Made by a program: the position numbers and the translations under genes. The notes beneath the pieces are model-generated. The model saw nothing but the letters and a program-made list of their open reading frames with translations, had not been told where the DNA came from and made no database searches. This document shows, piece after piece, positions 10,145 through 21,465 of a DNA stretch of 32,638 nt (its first letter is position 1; each line of letters opens with the position of its first letter). The DNA comes from Leucoraja erinacea (Eukaryota): positions 1-32,638 of the forward strand of contig NW_026575771.1 in the NCBI RefSeq assembly GCF_028641065.1. Reading direction: 5' to 3'.

Positions 10145-10462
10145 ACCGCGTGGTACATCATCCTACCGTCACCATTACCATAACTGCTCTTGATGAAATC
10201 AAGCGCAGCAGAAAAGCGATCGCCGTGTGTTTGGTCAACGATTTCACCCCAGCCATATTTACTGTGAACTGGCTGAAGAATGGAAAGCCATTGGATTCTG
10301 GCATCGTCACCTCTCCCGCCTTCCAGGTGAACGATACCGGTAACTTCTCGGCGACCAGCCAGTTGACATTCACAGCTGAAGAGTGGTTCGGAGATTTCGT
10401 CTATACCTGCCAAGTCAACCATGAAAAAGATTTGAAAAGCCAAAACATCAGTATGCCTTCAG
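10145..10462 (+). CDS. IGHM: IgM constant exon Cmu2
   Basis: tttcag acceptor. 318 nt open, (D)RVVHHPTV..VCLVNDFTP..NWLKNG..YTCQVNH..SMPS. GTAAG donor at 10463. Confidence 0.97.
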
Positions 10463-10564
10463 GTAAGAAATACATCCGTGGTGTGTCTCGGGATATTAGT
10501 GTAAACATTAGCGCTCACGGTTGTTTTTTTATTTGTACCTATTAATACTTCTACACCCCCCACC

Positions 10565-10680
10565 CAGACTCTCAGTCTAAAGGAGGGTCTCGACCAGAAA
10601 CAGCATGTATTCATTTTCTGCAGAGATGGTGCCTGACCCGCTGAGTTACAGTACTCCAGCTCTGCGTGTCTAGCGTGGTA
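10565..10680 (+). mobile_element. Degenerate Penelope pLTR fragment in the Cmu2-Cmu3 intron
   Basis: cagtctaaaggagggtctcgaccagaaac...cagagatggtgcctgacccgctgagttac resembles 6611-6700. Confidence 0.6.
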
Positions 10681-10894
10681 TAGCCCATGATGCGACCTCT
10701 CATTTCATTTATTGTGTCGTTCTCTGCACAGAGACAAAAGTCAGTTCATGACGATTTAGGACCCATGTTCCCAGAATCACTAATCAGAAGGGGTCATGTA
10801 CACATTCAAGTTTTGGGGGCGGATGATTGGTGTAAACCTTCGATCCCGGTTACTCCTGCAAATGCTTATGTTCACATTCATTATTGTGCCACAG

Positions 10895-11199
10895 ATGTTG
10901 ATTCCTGCGACAAACTGATTATTAAAATCCTTCCACCACAAGTTGAACAAGAGTTAATGGAGATGACCGTGACGTTAACCTGTCTGGTATCCGATGCACC
11001 TTATGGTATCACAGTATCTTGGAAACGTGGGAATGTACCTTTGGTATCATACATCCAGCCCACAGGAAATGCAGATATCGTACAGAGCAAAGTCAACATT
11101 TCGACTCAAGACTGGCTGAGTGGGGATTATTTTTCGAATGCGCGGTGAGCCATGGTAATATGCCAAAGCCAAAAACTGAACGAATCAACTGGAAGAAAG
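10895..11199 (+). pseudogene. IGHM: IgM constant exon Cmu3, frameshifted as assembled
   Basis: Acceptor acag ends at 10894, donor GTGAG at 11200. Length 305 nt is not a multiple of 3. One frame reads (D)VDSCDKL..LTCLVSD..SWKR..DWLSGDY then TGA at 11146-11148. The proper end [22 protein letters not shown] lies in another frame. Confidence 0.9.
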
Positions 11200-12310
11200 G
11201 TGAGCCGGTGTGGGCCAGAGGTGACTGGTGCACTTTTCTTCTGAGATAAAGCTAAAATAAATGATTGAGATCACTCCGTCGGCGAAGCAATATCTATGCA
11301 AAATGAAATAGTGCTAAGACTTCACTGAGTCCTTGGTCAGAGCTGGAAAAGAGAGAATACGAGATGACTTTGCATGAAATGAGTGTTGTAACTTGCAGGG
11401 ATATGGGTTTGCCTACCAAATTACCATGTGGTGATGGTGTCAGTAGATCGCAGATACTCTCGAGTTGCAGAAATGCCCGTTTCTGAGCTAGGCACATGAA
11501 ACGAGTTATTCGAAAAAACCAAAAACCTTCAAATGCCGTATATCGGAAAGACGTCAACTTAATGCAGAACATTTAATATTGGCTCCAATGGTCTGCATCT
11601 ACACAAACGATCGGAGGAATGCCATTCTGAAAGCTTGCCATAGGGATTAGATATAACACCGAGGAAGACCGCAGACAAAGAGCCTAGAAGTGTTTTGTTT
11701 TCCATTTTGCTTGTATTGTCCAGGTCAAAATGGCCATTTCCAAATTCCCTTTTTACTCTCAACTCCGTCCAACATTATCTCTGCAACTTAAGAATGGGTC
11801 ATTTCCCCACGTCATACAAAGGCATCTCTTTTTGCGTACACACTGTCTGACGTGCTCTTTGTTTCCTGCGACCCCTGAATTCATTTTACAATTCCATCAT
11901 TTGCATCGATTTCGAAAACGCACTTCACAAAGCATCACCTTGTACGCTCAGCATTCTCCGCTGGCATCCACTAACTACTCCTGCCATGGGTTGATAACGT
12001 CTCATTCAACTGCATTTAGCAATAAATGACAAAAGGAGCAGAGTCAACCATGGCCATCAGAAATAACACGGATCAGAGAGGGCGCTTGGCTTGATCTTGT
12101 GTTGTGAGTGTGTGAAGTGATTCATACAAATCTTCTGCCGTGCACAGGAGAGACGCACATTCAGGTGTATATGTCTGAACAAAGAGACAAGTCACAAAAG
12201 GGGAATGCAATGCCGTTAATACTGTCGGTTGGCAGTTTACTCACGGATATATTAGCTTTTAATCGCTTTAACCGTCTTGTATAATAAACGCAATTTCAAT
12301 TGTTCCCTAG

Positions 12311-12702
12311 GTCAACATCTGCTGCCACCTTCCGTCTCAGTCCTTCTGCCGCCGACAGAAGAAATCTCCGCCCACAAGACTATCACCCTCACCTGCTTCG
12401 TGAGAGGATTCTCCCCTCGCAGGGTCTTCGTCACGTGGACACTTGATGACAAGCGGGTGGATGAGAGCAAGTACAAGAACACCGAGGTGGAGGCGGAGAA
12501 CGGCAATGATACCTTCTTCACATACAGCCTGTTATCCGTTGGGGCAGAGGAGTGGGCTAGCGGAGCCTCCTTCTCCTGTCTAGTGGGGCACGAAGCACTC
12601 CCCATGAAGACCATCGTCAGAACGGTCAATAAGTCCAGCGGTAAACCCAGTTTTGTCAACGTTTCCCTTGTATTAATGGACACTGTCAATTCCTGTCAAT
12701 GA
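12311..12702 (+). CDS. IGHM: IgM Cmu4 plus secretory tailpiece
   Basis: (G)[40 protein letters not shown]|[20 protein letters not shown]. Internal donor G/GTAAAC at 12640/12641 for the membrane form. Tailpiece has an NVS glycosylation site and a penultimate Cys. Confidence 0.98.
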
Positions 12703-12729
12703 GAATGAATTAGTTTCAAATTCCTCTGA

Positions 12730-12745
12730 AATAAATGCTAATAAA
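12730..12745 (+). terminator. Secretory-form polyadenylation signals
   Basis: AATAAA at 12730-12735 and 12740-12745. Confidence 0.85.
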
Positions 12746-12970
12746 TATCTTTAACCTCCAATCTTGAGCTGAACACGTGGCCACCCAATTAATTATATAA
12801 AACATTCTGTCAAAACGATGACTATATATTAACGTTGAATATTGAAAATCTTGGCGACAATTTACTGAAAACGCATGTAGACGGCACAGTAACGTCGGGG
12901 TTTTGGAGATAAGTCACAGCTGCACCACTGCACGCATCGCGGACACACTTCAACATTATCGCTCTTGCTG

Positions 12971-13527
12971 NNNNNNNNNNNNNNNNNNNNNNNNNNNNNN
13001 NNNNNNNNNNNNNNNNNNNNNNNNNNNNNNNNNNNNNNNNNNNNNNNNNNNNNNNNNNNNNNNNNNNNNNNNNNNNNNNNNNNNNNNNNNNNNNNNNNNN
13101 NNNNNNNNNNNNNNNNNNNNNNNNNNNNNNNNNNNNNNNNNNNNNNNNNNNNNNNNNNNNNNNNNNNNNNNNNNNNNNNNNNNNNNNNNNNNNNNNNNNN
13201 NNNNNNNNNNNNNNNNNNNNNNNNNNNNNNNNNNNNNNNNNNNNNNNNNNNNNNNNNNNNNNNNNNNNNNNNNNNNNNNNNNNNNNNNNNNNNNNNNNNN
13301 NNNNNNNNNNNNNNNNNNNNNNNNNNNNNNNNNNNNNNNNNNNNNNNNNNNNNNNNNNNNNNNNNNNNNNNNNNNNNNNNNNNNNNNNNNNNNNNNNNNN
13401 NNNNNNNNNNNNNNNNNNNNNNNNNNNNNNNNNNNNNNNNNNNNNNNNNNNNNNNNNNNNNNNNNNNNNNNNNNNNNNNNNNNNNNNNNNNNNNNNNNNN
13501 NNNNNNNNNNNNNNNNNNNNNNNNNNN
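12971..13527. other. Assembly gap
   Basis: Run of N. Confidence 1.
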
Positions 13528-14096
13528 TGAGAGAGGAAGATCCATATATTAATGATAAGAGAATGTAATGGCTCTTTTGATGCACATGATGCTGAATGTG
13601 TTCAGGAGCGTAGAGAAGAAACAGCCGATAGCAATTCAATGAAAGCAACGTAATGCTAAGTACAACTATGTGGAACGTAAAGAACAAGAATAAAGTGTCA
13701 CCATTATAGATTGTTCCCATGAAGTGGGCCATTTAACTCCGGCTCCAGAATGCTGTGGCGTTCAGTTATTAAACGGGCATCACAATGTGTGCAGGCGATT
13801 GATGGGATAACCGCTATGAGTGGCTCGTGAGAACACAAACTTAGATCCAAATATCAGATGCGGCTCGAGCATTAGACAAGGCCACGTCCGTTTCCAGTTC
13901 TCCCCCTGATGTACACGAAGCTTACTCACCACAAAACATCAGCAAGCGCACACAAATAAAATCATTTATGGGGTCGCATAGAAACATACATAAAACGCAA
14001 TTAACGACATGCTTACCCCATAGCACATGGACATCCACCTAAACACACCAGCAATCAAACATTCTTTGAAATGCAAAATAATAGGAACGGTTAGCT

Positions 14097-14540
14097 AAAC
14101 CATATAAACCATATAACCATATAACAATTACAGCACGGAAACAGGCCATCTCGACCCTTCTAGTCCGTGCCGAACACATATTCTCCCCTAGTCCCATACA
14201 CCTGCGTTCAGCCCATAACCCTCCATACCTTTCCCGTCCATATAACTATCCAATTTATTTTTAAATGATAAAAACGAACCTGCCTCCACCACCTTCACTG
14301 GAAGCTCATTCCACACAGCCACCACGCTCTGAGTAAAAAAGTTCCCCCTCATGTTACCCCTAAACTTCTGTCCTTTAATTCTCAAGTCATGTCCCCTTGT
14401 TTGAATCTTCCCTACTCTCAGTGGGAAAAGCTTATCCACGTCAACTCTGTCTATCCCTCTCATCATTTTAAAAACCTCTATCAAGTCCCCCCTTAACCTT
14501 CTGCGCTCCAAAGAATAAAGCCCTAACTTGTTCAACCTTG
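14097..14540 (-). mobile_element. CR1 LINE 3' fragment, same subfamily as 30992-31585
   Basis: LNKLGLYSLERRRLRGDLIEVFK..FFTQSVVAVWNELP, with an accatata repeated tail. Confidence 0.9.
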
Positions 14541-14741
14541 TAAAAGCGCATATTTGCACACAAAAACCCACATTAATACAACACAAATGCATTTAGGCTC
14601 TCACTTTAATACCAATGGACTTTCAAAGCAAAATCCCTGTGTCAATAATACACGCTAGTAGATTTATTGGCTCATATTATATTTTTCTTCTGCTTAAATG
14701 CTGATTGATGTCGAAATAGATTTTCCACACAACAATTCCAC

Positions 14742-14960
14742 NNNNNNNNNNNNNNNNNNNNNNNNNNNNNNNNNNNNNNNNNNNNNNNNNNNNNNNNNNN
14801 NNNNNNNNNNNNNNNNNNNNNNNNNNNNNNNNNNNNNNNNNNNNNNNNNNNNNNNNNNNNNNNNNNNNNNNNNNNNNNNNNNNNNNNNNNNNNNNNNNNN
14901 NNNNNNNNNNNNNNNNNNNNNNNNNNNNNNNNNNNNNNNNNNNNNNNNNNNNNNNNNNNN
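14742..14960. other. Assembly gap
   Basis: Run of N. Confidence 1.
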
Positions 14961-15655
14961 GTTAGAATTTAGGCAAACTTATACATGATGATACACATCT
15001 AGCTAGTTACAGGCAAACGGAAGGGCCAATCAGATCATTTATCCAGTAGTTTTCCCCGCGTTCCTAACAACTAAGTATAACCGTAGATCATTCATGCTCC
15101 ATATTTTACACTAGAAATATAATGCCTATCAAATGGTTCAAAGTTATATTTGTGTACACAAGCCTTCCTCCATCCCCTAACCGAAAACAGGATACATCAG
15201 CCAACAGGGTTCTAATGTGGGAATTATGGCACATTATTGGGAGCCAATGTTTCCATTCAGTGAGTTCCTTCACCGAGCTCCGGTCACCATATCCAAATAC
15301 AGGGTTATCTGATAACATTGTAAGCAATAACCAGCTCCAAGTGTTATACCATCCTGGTTAGTAAAATATATTAATGGGAAGCGGACGTTTATAGAATGAG
15401 TAATGAATCCCAGAAATATGCAAACACATTGCTTTCCCCAAAACTATTCATAAACGGCTGTTTATTAGCAGCTGTGTCTACAAGTGGCCATGGTTGTGGA
15501 TACAATTGTTGAGGATGGATGATCACCTCAACGTAAAAACAGCTCATAGGAAATTAATATCCCTAATATTAATATCCCTATTATTTTGGTAAATAATAAA
15601 TACAATACAATGATTAGAATATATTGTGAACGTCTTCGCGTTCTGCTTTGCGTAG

Positions 15656-15783
15656 ATTACGCCGACAACGTTCCTCTAGAGGACTATGAGGAAGACAGAG
15701 ACAATATCTGGACAACCGCTTCCACATTCATTATCTTGTTCTTCCTGAGCATTTCCTACGGTGCTGCCGTAACTCTGGTGAAG
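15656..15783 (+). CDS. IGHM: IgM transmembrane exon TM1
   Basis: cgtag acceptor. (D)YADNVPLEDYEEDRDNIWTTASTFIILFFLSISYGAAVTLVK: acidic spacer plus CART-like helix. GTGAGT donor at 15784. Confidence 0.96.
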
Positions 15784-15917
15784 GTGAGTCCATTGCACTT
15801 ACTTTTCCACCTGATTGAAGAGTAGGGCAAAATAGCGATTGTCCTACTCATTGGATGTCCTGGCATCTTAGTCACAGACTGCTAATACACTTTCATATTC
15901 TCTCCCTCTCTTTACAG

Positions 15918-15926
15918 GTCAAGTGA
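15918..15926 (+). CDS. IGHM: IgM TM2 exon coding part (VK-stop), giving a KVK cytoplasmic tail
   Basis: Polypyrimidine tract and tttacag, then GTC AAG TGA. Confidence 0.93.
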   Translation, partial: VK

Positions 15927-16289
15927 CGATTGAATGTTGAAAACCGCGTATTTATCTGACCGGTCTATGGACGTCGTTGTAACCAAGGGAAATGTTCAAA
16001 TCAGAAGCGGACAATGTCATAAACAATAGTTCATTCTGTCTATCTGACTTGTTTGATATTGCCTAGTTGCCTTTCGTATAGCGTTAATGTATCAAAATAT
16101 TTTAATCGTAATTTGAATATCATGTGATCTCAAACGGTAGACGTTTCTTTTTTTCTTTTTATCTTTATTTCTATACATTCTCTTTTTCTTTAGCATGGGC
16201 CATATTTGTGTCCTTCCGGTGTTGAATGCCGTTGTATAGAAAGTCGGGAACGCTGTTTGTGTGAGATCGTAATCTTCATGTTAAATTCA

Positions 16290-16512
16290 GACACACTATC
16301 TATGCCTGTCATTATTCTAACAACTTCTACCGTGTCCCACTTCAACCTCCGATGCGCCAAAGAAAACAATCCATGTTTGCCTCTTCTAGCTAATAATTCT
16401 AACCCGGGCTGCAGCATTCTAGTAAACCTCTTCTGCATCTTCTCCAAAGCCTCCACATTATCCCCTTGAAGGGACGACCTGACCTCCAAGTGCGGCCTAA
16501 CCGAAGGCCTGT
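16290..16512 (-). mobile_element. Old CR1 fragment downstream of the TM2 stop
   Basis: VRPHLE..VEALEKMQKRFTRML..GLFSLAHRRLK. Confidence 0.75.
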
Positions 16513-16754
16513 AAATAAATGTCATGTAAATGCACGTGTAAATACATACCCAACAATCCAACGCGTGTGCACATATGAGCAAATATCTATTTACTCCTTT
16601 TCTGCTCAATTGTCCTTTCCTTAATTCAGAGCTAACCTTTGACTCTCGAGCCACATGTTCAATGTACCTGGTCTCAGTGTGGAATTCAGTTGTTTTGACC
16701 ACTTCGTGTTATGCTTTTAAAAAGGTCTCTGTAATGTGTTTCTGTTAAATCACA

Positions 16755-16760
16755 AATAAA
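16755..16760 (+). terminator. Candidate membrane-form polyadenylation signal (alternative at 16514-16519)
   Basis: AATAAA followed by GT/T-rich sequence. Confidence 0.5.
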
Positions 16761-16901
16761 AGCTGAACTACAAAAGCCTAACCTGGTTTGCTATATTCGT
16801 TTCTCGAAGGAACCAGCACCTTACGATAAATGCGCACTCGTATTTCTTCGCGTTCCACCATTTCCCTCAATATATTTTCTCTCAGATCGTCACTGGCGAG
16901 T

Positions 16902-19340
16902 AGTAATAATAATAATAATAAATTTTATTTATGGGCGCCTTTCAAGAGTCTCAAGGACATCTTACAAAAATTTAGCAAGTAGAGGAAAAACATGTAAGCG
17001 GAATGAAGTAAATAGTAGAGACATGACTAGTACACAAATTAAAGACAGAATTCAATTCAAAACACAATATGAGGCAATTCAAGCACAGATGAAAAGGGAG
17101 GGGGACGTGGGGCTAAGTATAGGCAGAGGTGAAGAGATGGGTCTTGAGGCGGGACTGGAAGATGGTGAGGGACACGGAATTGCGGATCATTTGGGGGAGG
17201 TAGTTCCAGAGCCTGGGAGCTGCCCTGGAGAAGGCTCTGTCCCCAAAACTGCGGAGGTTGGACTTGTGGATGGAGAGGAGACCGGCTGATGTGGATCTGA
17301 GGGACCGTGAGGGTTGGTAGGGGGAGAGGAGGTCAGTGAGATATGGGGGGGCCAGATGGTGGAGGGCTTTGTAGGTGAGGACCAGGATTTTGTAGGTGAT
17401 CCGGTGGGAGATGGGAAGCCAGTGAAGTTGTTTGAGGACTGGAGTGATGTGATGCCAGGATTTGGTGTGGGTGATGAGTCGGGCAGCTGCGTTCTGGACC
17501 AGTTGGAGTCGGTTGATGTAGGTGGAGCTAATGCCAAGGAGAAGTGAGTTACAGTAGTCCAGTCGGGAGGAGATGAAGGCATGGATGAGTCTTTCAGCAG
17601 CAGGAGGTGTGAGAGAGGGTCTGATTTTGGCGATGTTGCGGAGGTGAAAGAAGGAGGTTTTAATGACATGGCGGATGTGAGGCTCAAGGGAGAGGGTGGA
17701 ATCAAAGATCACGCCAAGGTTGCGGGCCTGGGGAGATGGGGAGACAGTGGTGCCGTCGATGGTGAGAGTGGGGTTATTGATTTTGCTGAGTGTGGATTTG
17801 GAGCCTATGAGGAGGAATTCTGTTTTATCGCTGTTGAGTTTGAGGAAGTTATGTTGCATCCAGGTTTTTATAGCTGACAAACAGGTGTTGATATGGGAGA
17901 GTGGGGGGGGTTGTGGGGGGATTTGGTGCCGAGGTAGATCTGGGTGTCATCGGCGTAACAGTGGAAGTCCAGGTTGAAGTGGCGGAGTATCTGACCAAGG
18001 GGGAGGATGTAGATGATGAAGAGGAGGGGGCCGAGTACGGAGCCTTGGGGAACGCCTTGAGTGACTGTGGCTGTAGCAGAGGTGTGGTTATGGAGAGAGA
18101 TGAAGTGGGATCTGTTGGAAAGGTAGGAACGGAGCCAGCTGAGTGCAGAACCTTCAATGCCGAGGTCTTTGAGTCTGGTGAGCAGGATGTTATTGTTCAC
18201 TGTATCGAAGGCTGCACTCAGGTCGAGGAGGATGAGGATGTTGAGGGAACCAGTGTCAGCAGAGGTGAGGAGGTCGTTGAGGACTTTGAGGAGAGCAGTT
18301 TCTGTGCTATGGAGGGGCCGAAAGCCAGATTGGAAGGGTTCAAATAGGTTATACGCAAGGAGGTGGGAATGAAGTTGTGACGCAACGATACACTCCAGGG
18401 ATTTTGAAAGAAAGGGGAGGTTTGAGATTGGGCGGTAGTTAATGAGAGAGGAGGGATCAAGACCAGGTTTCTTTAAGATTGGTGTGACAGCAGCAGTTTT
18501 GAAAGCGGAGGGGACAATTCCTTGGGACAATGAGGAGTTGAAGAGATTAGTGAGGTAGGGGCAGAGAACGGGGAGGCAGGACTTCAGCAGGGGAGTGGGG
18601 AGAGGGTCGAGGGAGCAGGTAGTGGGTTTGGAAGAGCTGATGAGTTTGGAGATTTCAGTAGGGGTGACCAGGTCAAACTGGGAGAGGAAGCAGTGTGGAG
18701 GAGGGGTAAGGAGGTCAGTGGAGATGTTGAAAGGAGGGGCCTTGGTAGGTGGTGGAGTAGATGCTGGGGAGTCGGGTACAAGGGATAAAGATTGATAGAT
18801 GGTGCTGATTTTATCAGCGAAAAAGTGGAGGAATGAGTTGCCGAGATCCGGAGTAGAGGTAGGGAGAGTGTTGGTTCGAGGCTTGAGGAGGTTGTCCACT
18901 GTGGAGAAGAGGGTTCTGTGGTTTAGGCAGGGGTCGGTGAATATGGAGGAGAGGTAGGCAGATTTTGCAGCAATGAGGGCATCTTTGTAGGCAGTGAGGT
19001 GGAGTTTGTAAGCTTCATGGTGGACTGTGAGAGATGATTTCTTTGTGAGTCGTTCAAGTCGGCGACCAGTCTGTTTCAGCTTACGAAGTGCAGGTGTGTA
19101 CCAGGGTGAAGATGTGTTAAAAGTTACGGTTCTTGTTTTGAGGGGGGCCAGAATGTTTAGGGAGGTAGACAAGGTGGAGTTGAGATGGTTTGTGAGATCA
19201 TCAGGTGAGATATGGGTTGAGTCCAGGGGGAGAGTGGTGGAGAGCAGGTCAGAGAGATGGTGGGGATCGATGGATTTTAGATTACGGAAGGTGATTTCTC
19301 GGAGGAAGCGGGGGCGAGGTGTCGGTGAAGGGACAGGAGT
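16902..19340 (-). mobile_element. L2-clade LINE, 5'-truncated, with an almost intact RT
   Basis: ORFs 17868..19394 (NYRPISNLPFLSK, LLDLSAAFDTV, GVPQGSVLGP, YADDTQIY) and 17113..17880 (LKLNSDKTE, SRLDYCNSLL, HITPVLKQLHWLP) are split by one frameshift near 17900. (ATT)n tail at about 16902-16920. Confidence 0.93.
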
Positions 19341-19396
19341 GACTTCGATTATGCGACCATTGCGCGCTCGGGTGTCCGATGACGTTAAGGTCATGT

Positions 19397-20301
19397 ATAG
19401 GGAGGTTTCACGGCAGTCGGGTCACGACCCATGACCCGTACTGTTGCTACACCACTCAAACTGGAGTACAAGCGATGAACTGCAGGTAGGCACTAACCAT
19501 TGTTTCCAGCGTAGTGGGCCCGTTAAAACCCGCTGAAATTATCAATTTTTGCGCTGTAAATAATTATGGAAATCGGGATAAGCTGAGAGACATTTAGCCT
19601 ACTTCAGAATTCCAAACGGGAGTAGAAATGACGGTAGATAGAAGCGAGAGCTGAAGGGACAACAACAGCCAGAGTGCTTGGCGAACATTGGCCTTTTGCT
19701 CACTGCATTCCATCAACTAAGGCATTATTTGTGTTTTTTCTTGATTCCTTTGGCATCTAAAAAGTTTCAGAAGTGATAAATCAGGCTGTAAAATTTTAAA
19801 ATCTCCCATAGTTCTCAAGTGGGTTTTTACCTACAAAATGAAAACGCATCTGAAGCAAAATTTACAGCTAGATTTATCACTTCTGAGACTTTTTAGATAC
19901 CAAAGGAATCAAGAAAAACCACAAATAATGCCTTACTGTTGATGAAATGCAGTGAGCAAACGCGATGATTCCCAATATTTTCAATTCCGATATCTGCACG
20001 GCCAATGTTCGCCAAGCACTTTAGCTGCTGTTGTCCCTTCAGCTCTCACTTCTCTTTACCTTCATTTCGCTTCACGTTTGGAATTCTGAAGTTGGGTACA
20101 TGTCTCTCACGCTTACCCCGACTTACACAATTTTTTACAGCGCTATAATTCAATATTTTGGGGATTTTTAACAGGTAGGAAAGTACGCGTTTCTTGCATT
20201 AATAAAATATACCGGAAGTTACGGATGTCCTCCAGATGAATTGAGCGGCCCCGTGCGTCAAGCCCTATGACCCAGTGACCTTACGTGCACACCCCCCTTA
20301 T
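19397..20301. mobile_element. Foldback/MITE-like non-autonomous DNA element
   Basis: About 19521-19796 pairs with about 19857-20175 as an inverted repeat. Imperfect terminal IRs atagggaggtttcacg and cgtgcacaccccccttat. No ORF. Confidence 0.75.
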
Positions 20302-21244
20302 ATTTGAATGCATTTTATGCCAAAGTTCCAGGAGAAGAGCGACCACGTAGGCGCTTTTCACAACCGCCCCTTATACAGTAGCTATCTTCTACAAATAGGT
20401 CGTTGTGGTGAACTGTTTGCTCCACCAAGCTCTAAGCAATATCACAATGCCTTCTGATATTACTGTCGAATATTCCAAAAAATGTTTCAAAGCAATGAGA
20501 GTACACTTGATACAGCTGACACTGGCACAGAGATCAGCAAAGTACATGGGTATGATTCTGGGCATGGAGTCTAGAACGGGCAAGATGAGACAATGATAGA
20601 CATTAAGAATTAATCACCAGCATCTAGAGTTAGCTGGGATCACATTACTCCAACGGATAGTAAATGAGTTCAGATCGATTTGCCTGTTACCCATCTTGGG
20701 CAGCTTTCACTTAGACATTGGTTGGGCCTTTGACGGTGGGTGAGTGAGGTAGTATCAGCCCCCAAATTAAGAATAGGCCACACGGAGCCACAAAGCCACT
20801 CATCCCACTAGTTGGGTATCCTGGACTACTCTCAGCTGATTGCATTTGGCCCATTCAGTGCACTATCAGGGTAACCGCGACTAAAGTGATTGGGCCCAGA
20901 GTACATTGAATAGAGATTGGGCCTACTTTCTGTGGCATCATGCAACACCAACACTGAATGGGCCTTGTGTTTTCGGACCTTACGTTGTTTGAATACTGAG
21001 TGGGCCTGGCGTCATGGGCCCCAATATCGGGCCAGTGTTTCCCTCCAGTTACCACCTTAGGAGACCTAGAGTTAGATGTTTTGCCACAAAAGTGGAAGGC
21101 AGTGGGAGCAGTAATATGGCAGGAATAGGCTTCTTCGCCCCGGGACCAAATAGAGCCCTTACCGGGTACATAAAAGTGCACCTGATGTGCTTAGATTCTC
21201 GCGGAGGCTCCGGCCAATAGTTTGGTAGAAGCTGGTCATACCAA

Positions 21245-21465
21245 GGGTTTGGCGTAGAGCAGGGGGAATGTTCATTCCCAAGAAGAAAGAGTCTCCAGAG
21301 TTAAATCAGTTTAGGTTATTTGTCTCCTAAATGTAGAAGGCAAGATTTTCTTTTGCATAGTGGCACAGAGGCTAGCAAGTTATTTAGAAAGGAACAGGTT
21401 AATTGATACCACAGTGCAGAAAGTAGGTATACCAGGGTTCGCAGGTTACTTAGAACACATTAGTA
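21245..21465 (+). mobile_element. Hero/R2-group non-LTR RT fragment, frameshifted
   Basis: Hand translation: WRRAGGMFIPKKKES..LNQFR / ICLLNVEGKIFFCIVAQRLASYLERNRLIDTTVQKVGIPGFAGYLEH. Confidence 0.75.

Noticed and set aside
11899-11906. Single octamer ATTTGCAT in the Cmu3-Cmu4 intron
   Set aside because: It is an isolated 8-mer with no supporting context, which is expected by chance in AT-rich DNA of this length.
12862-14988. Long ORFs full of X
   Set aside because: They are artefacts of translating through N gaps.
17023-19434. Plus-strand ORFs overlapping the L2 element (the same applies to the CR1 and Penelope elements)
   Set aside because: They are antisense shadows of retroelement ORFs.
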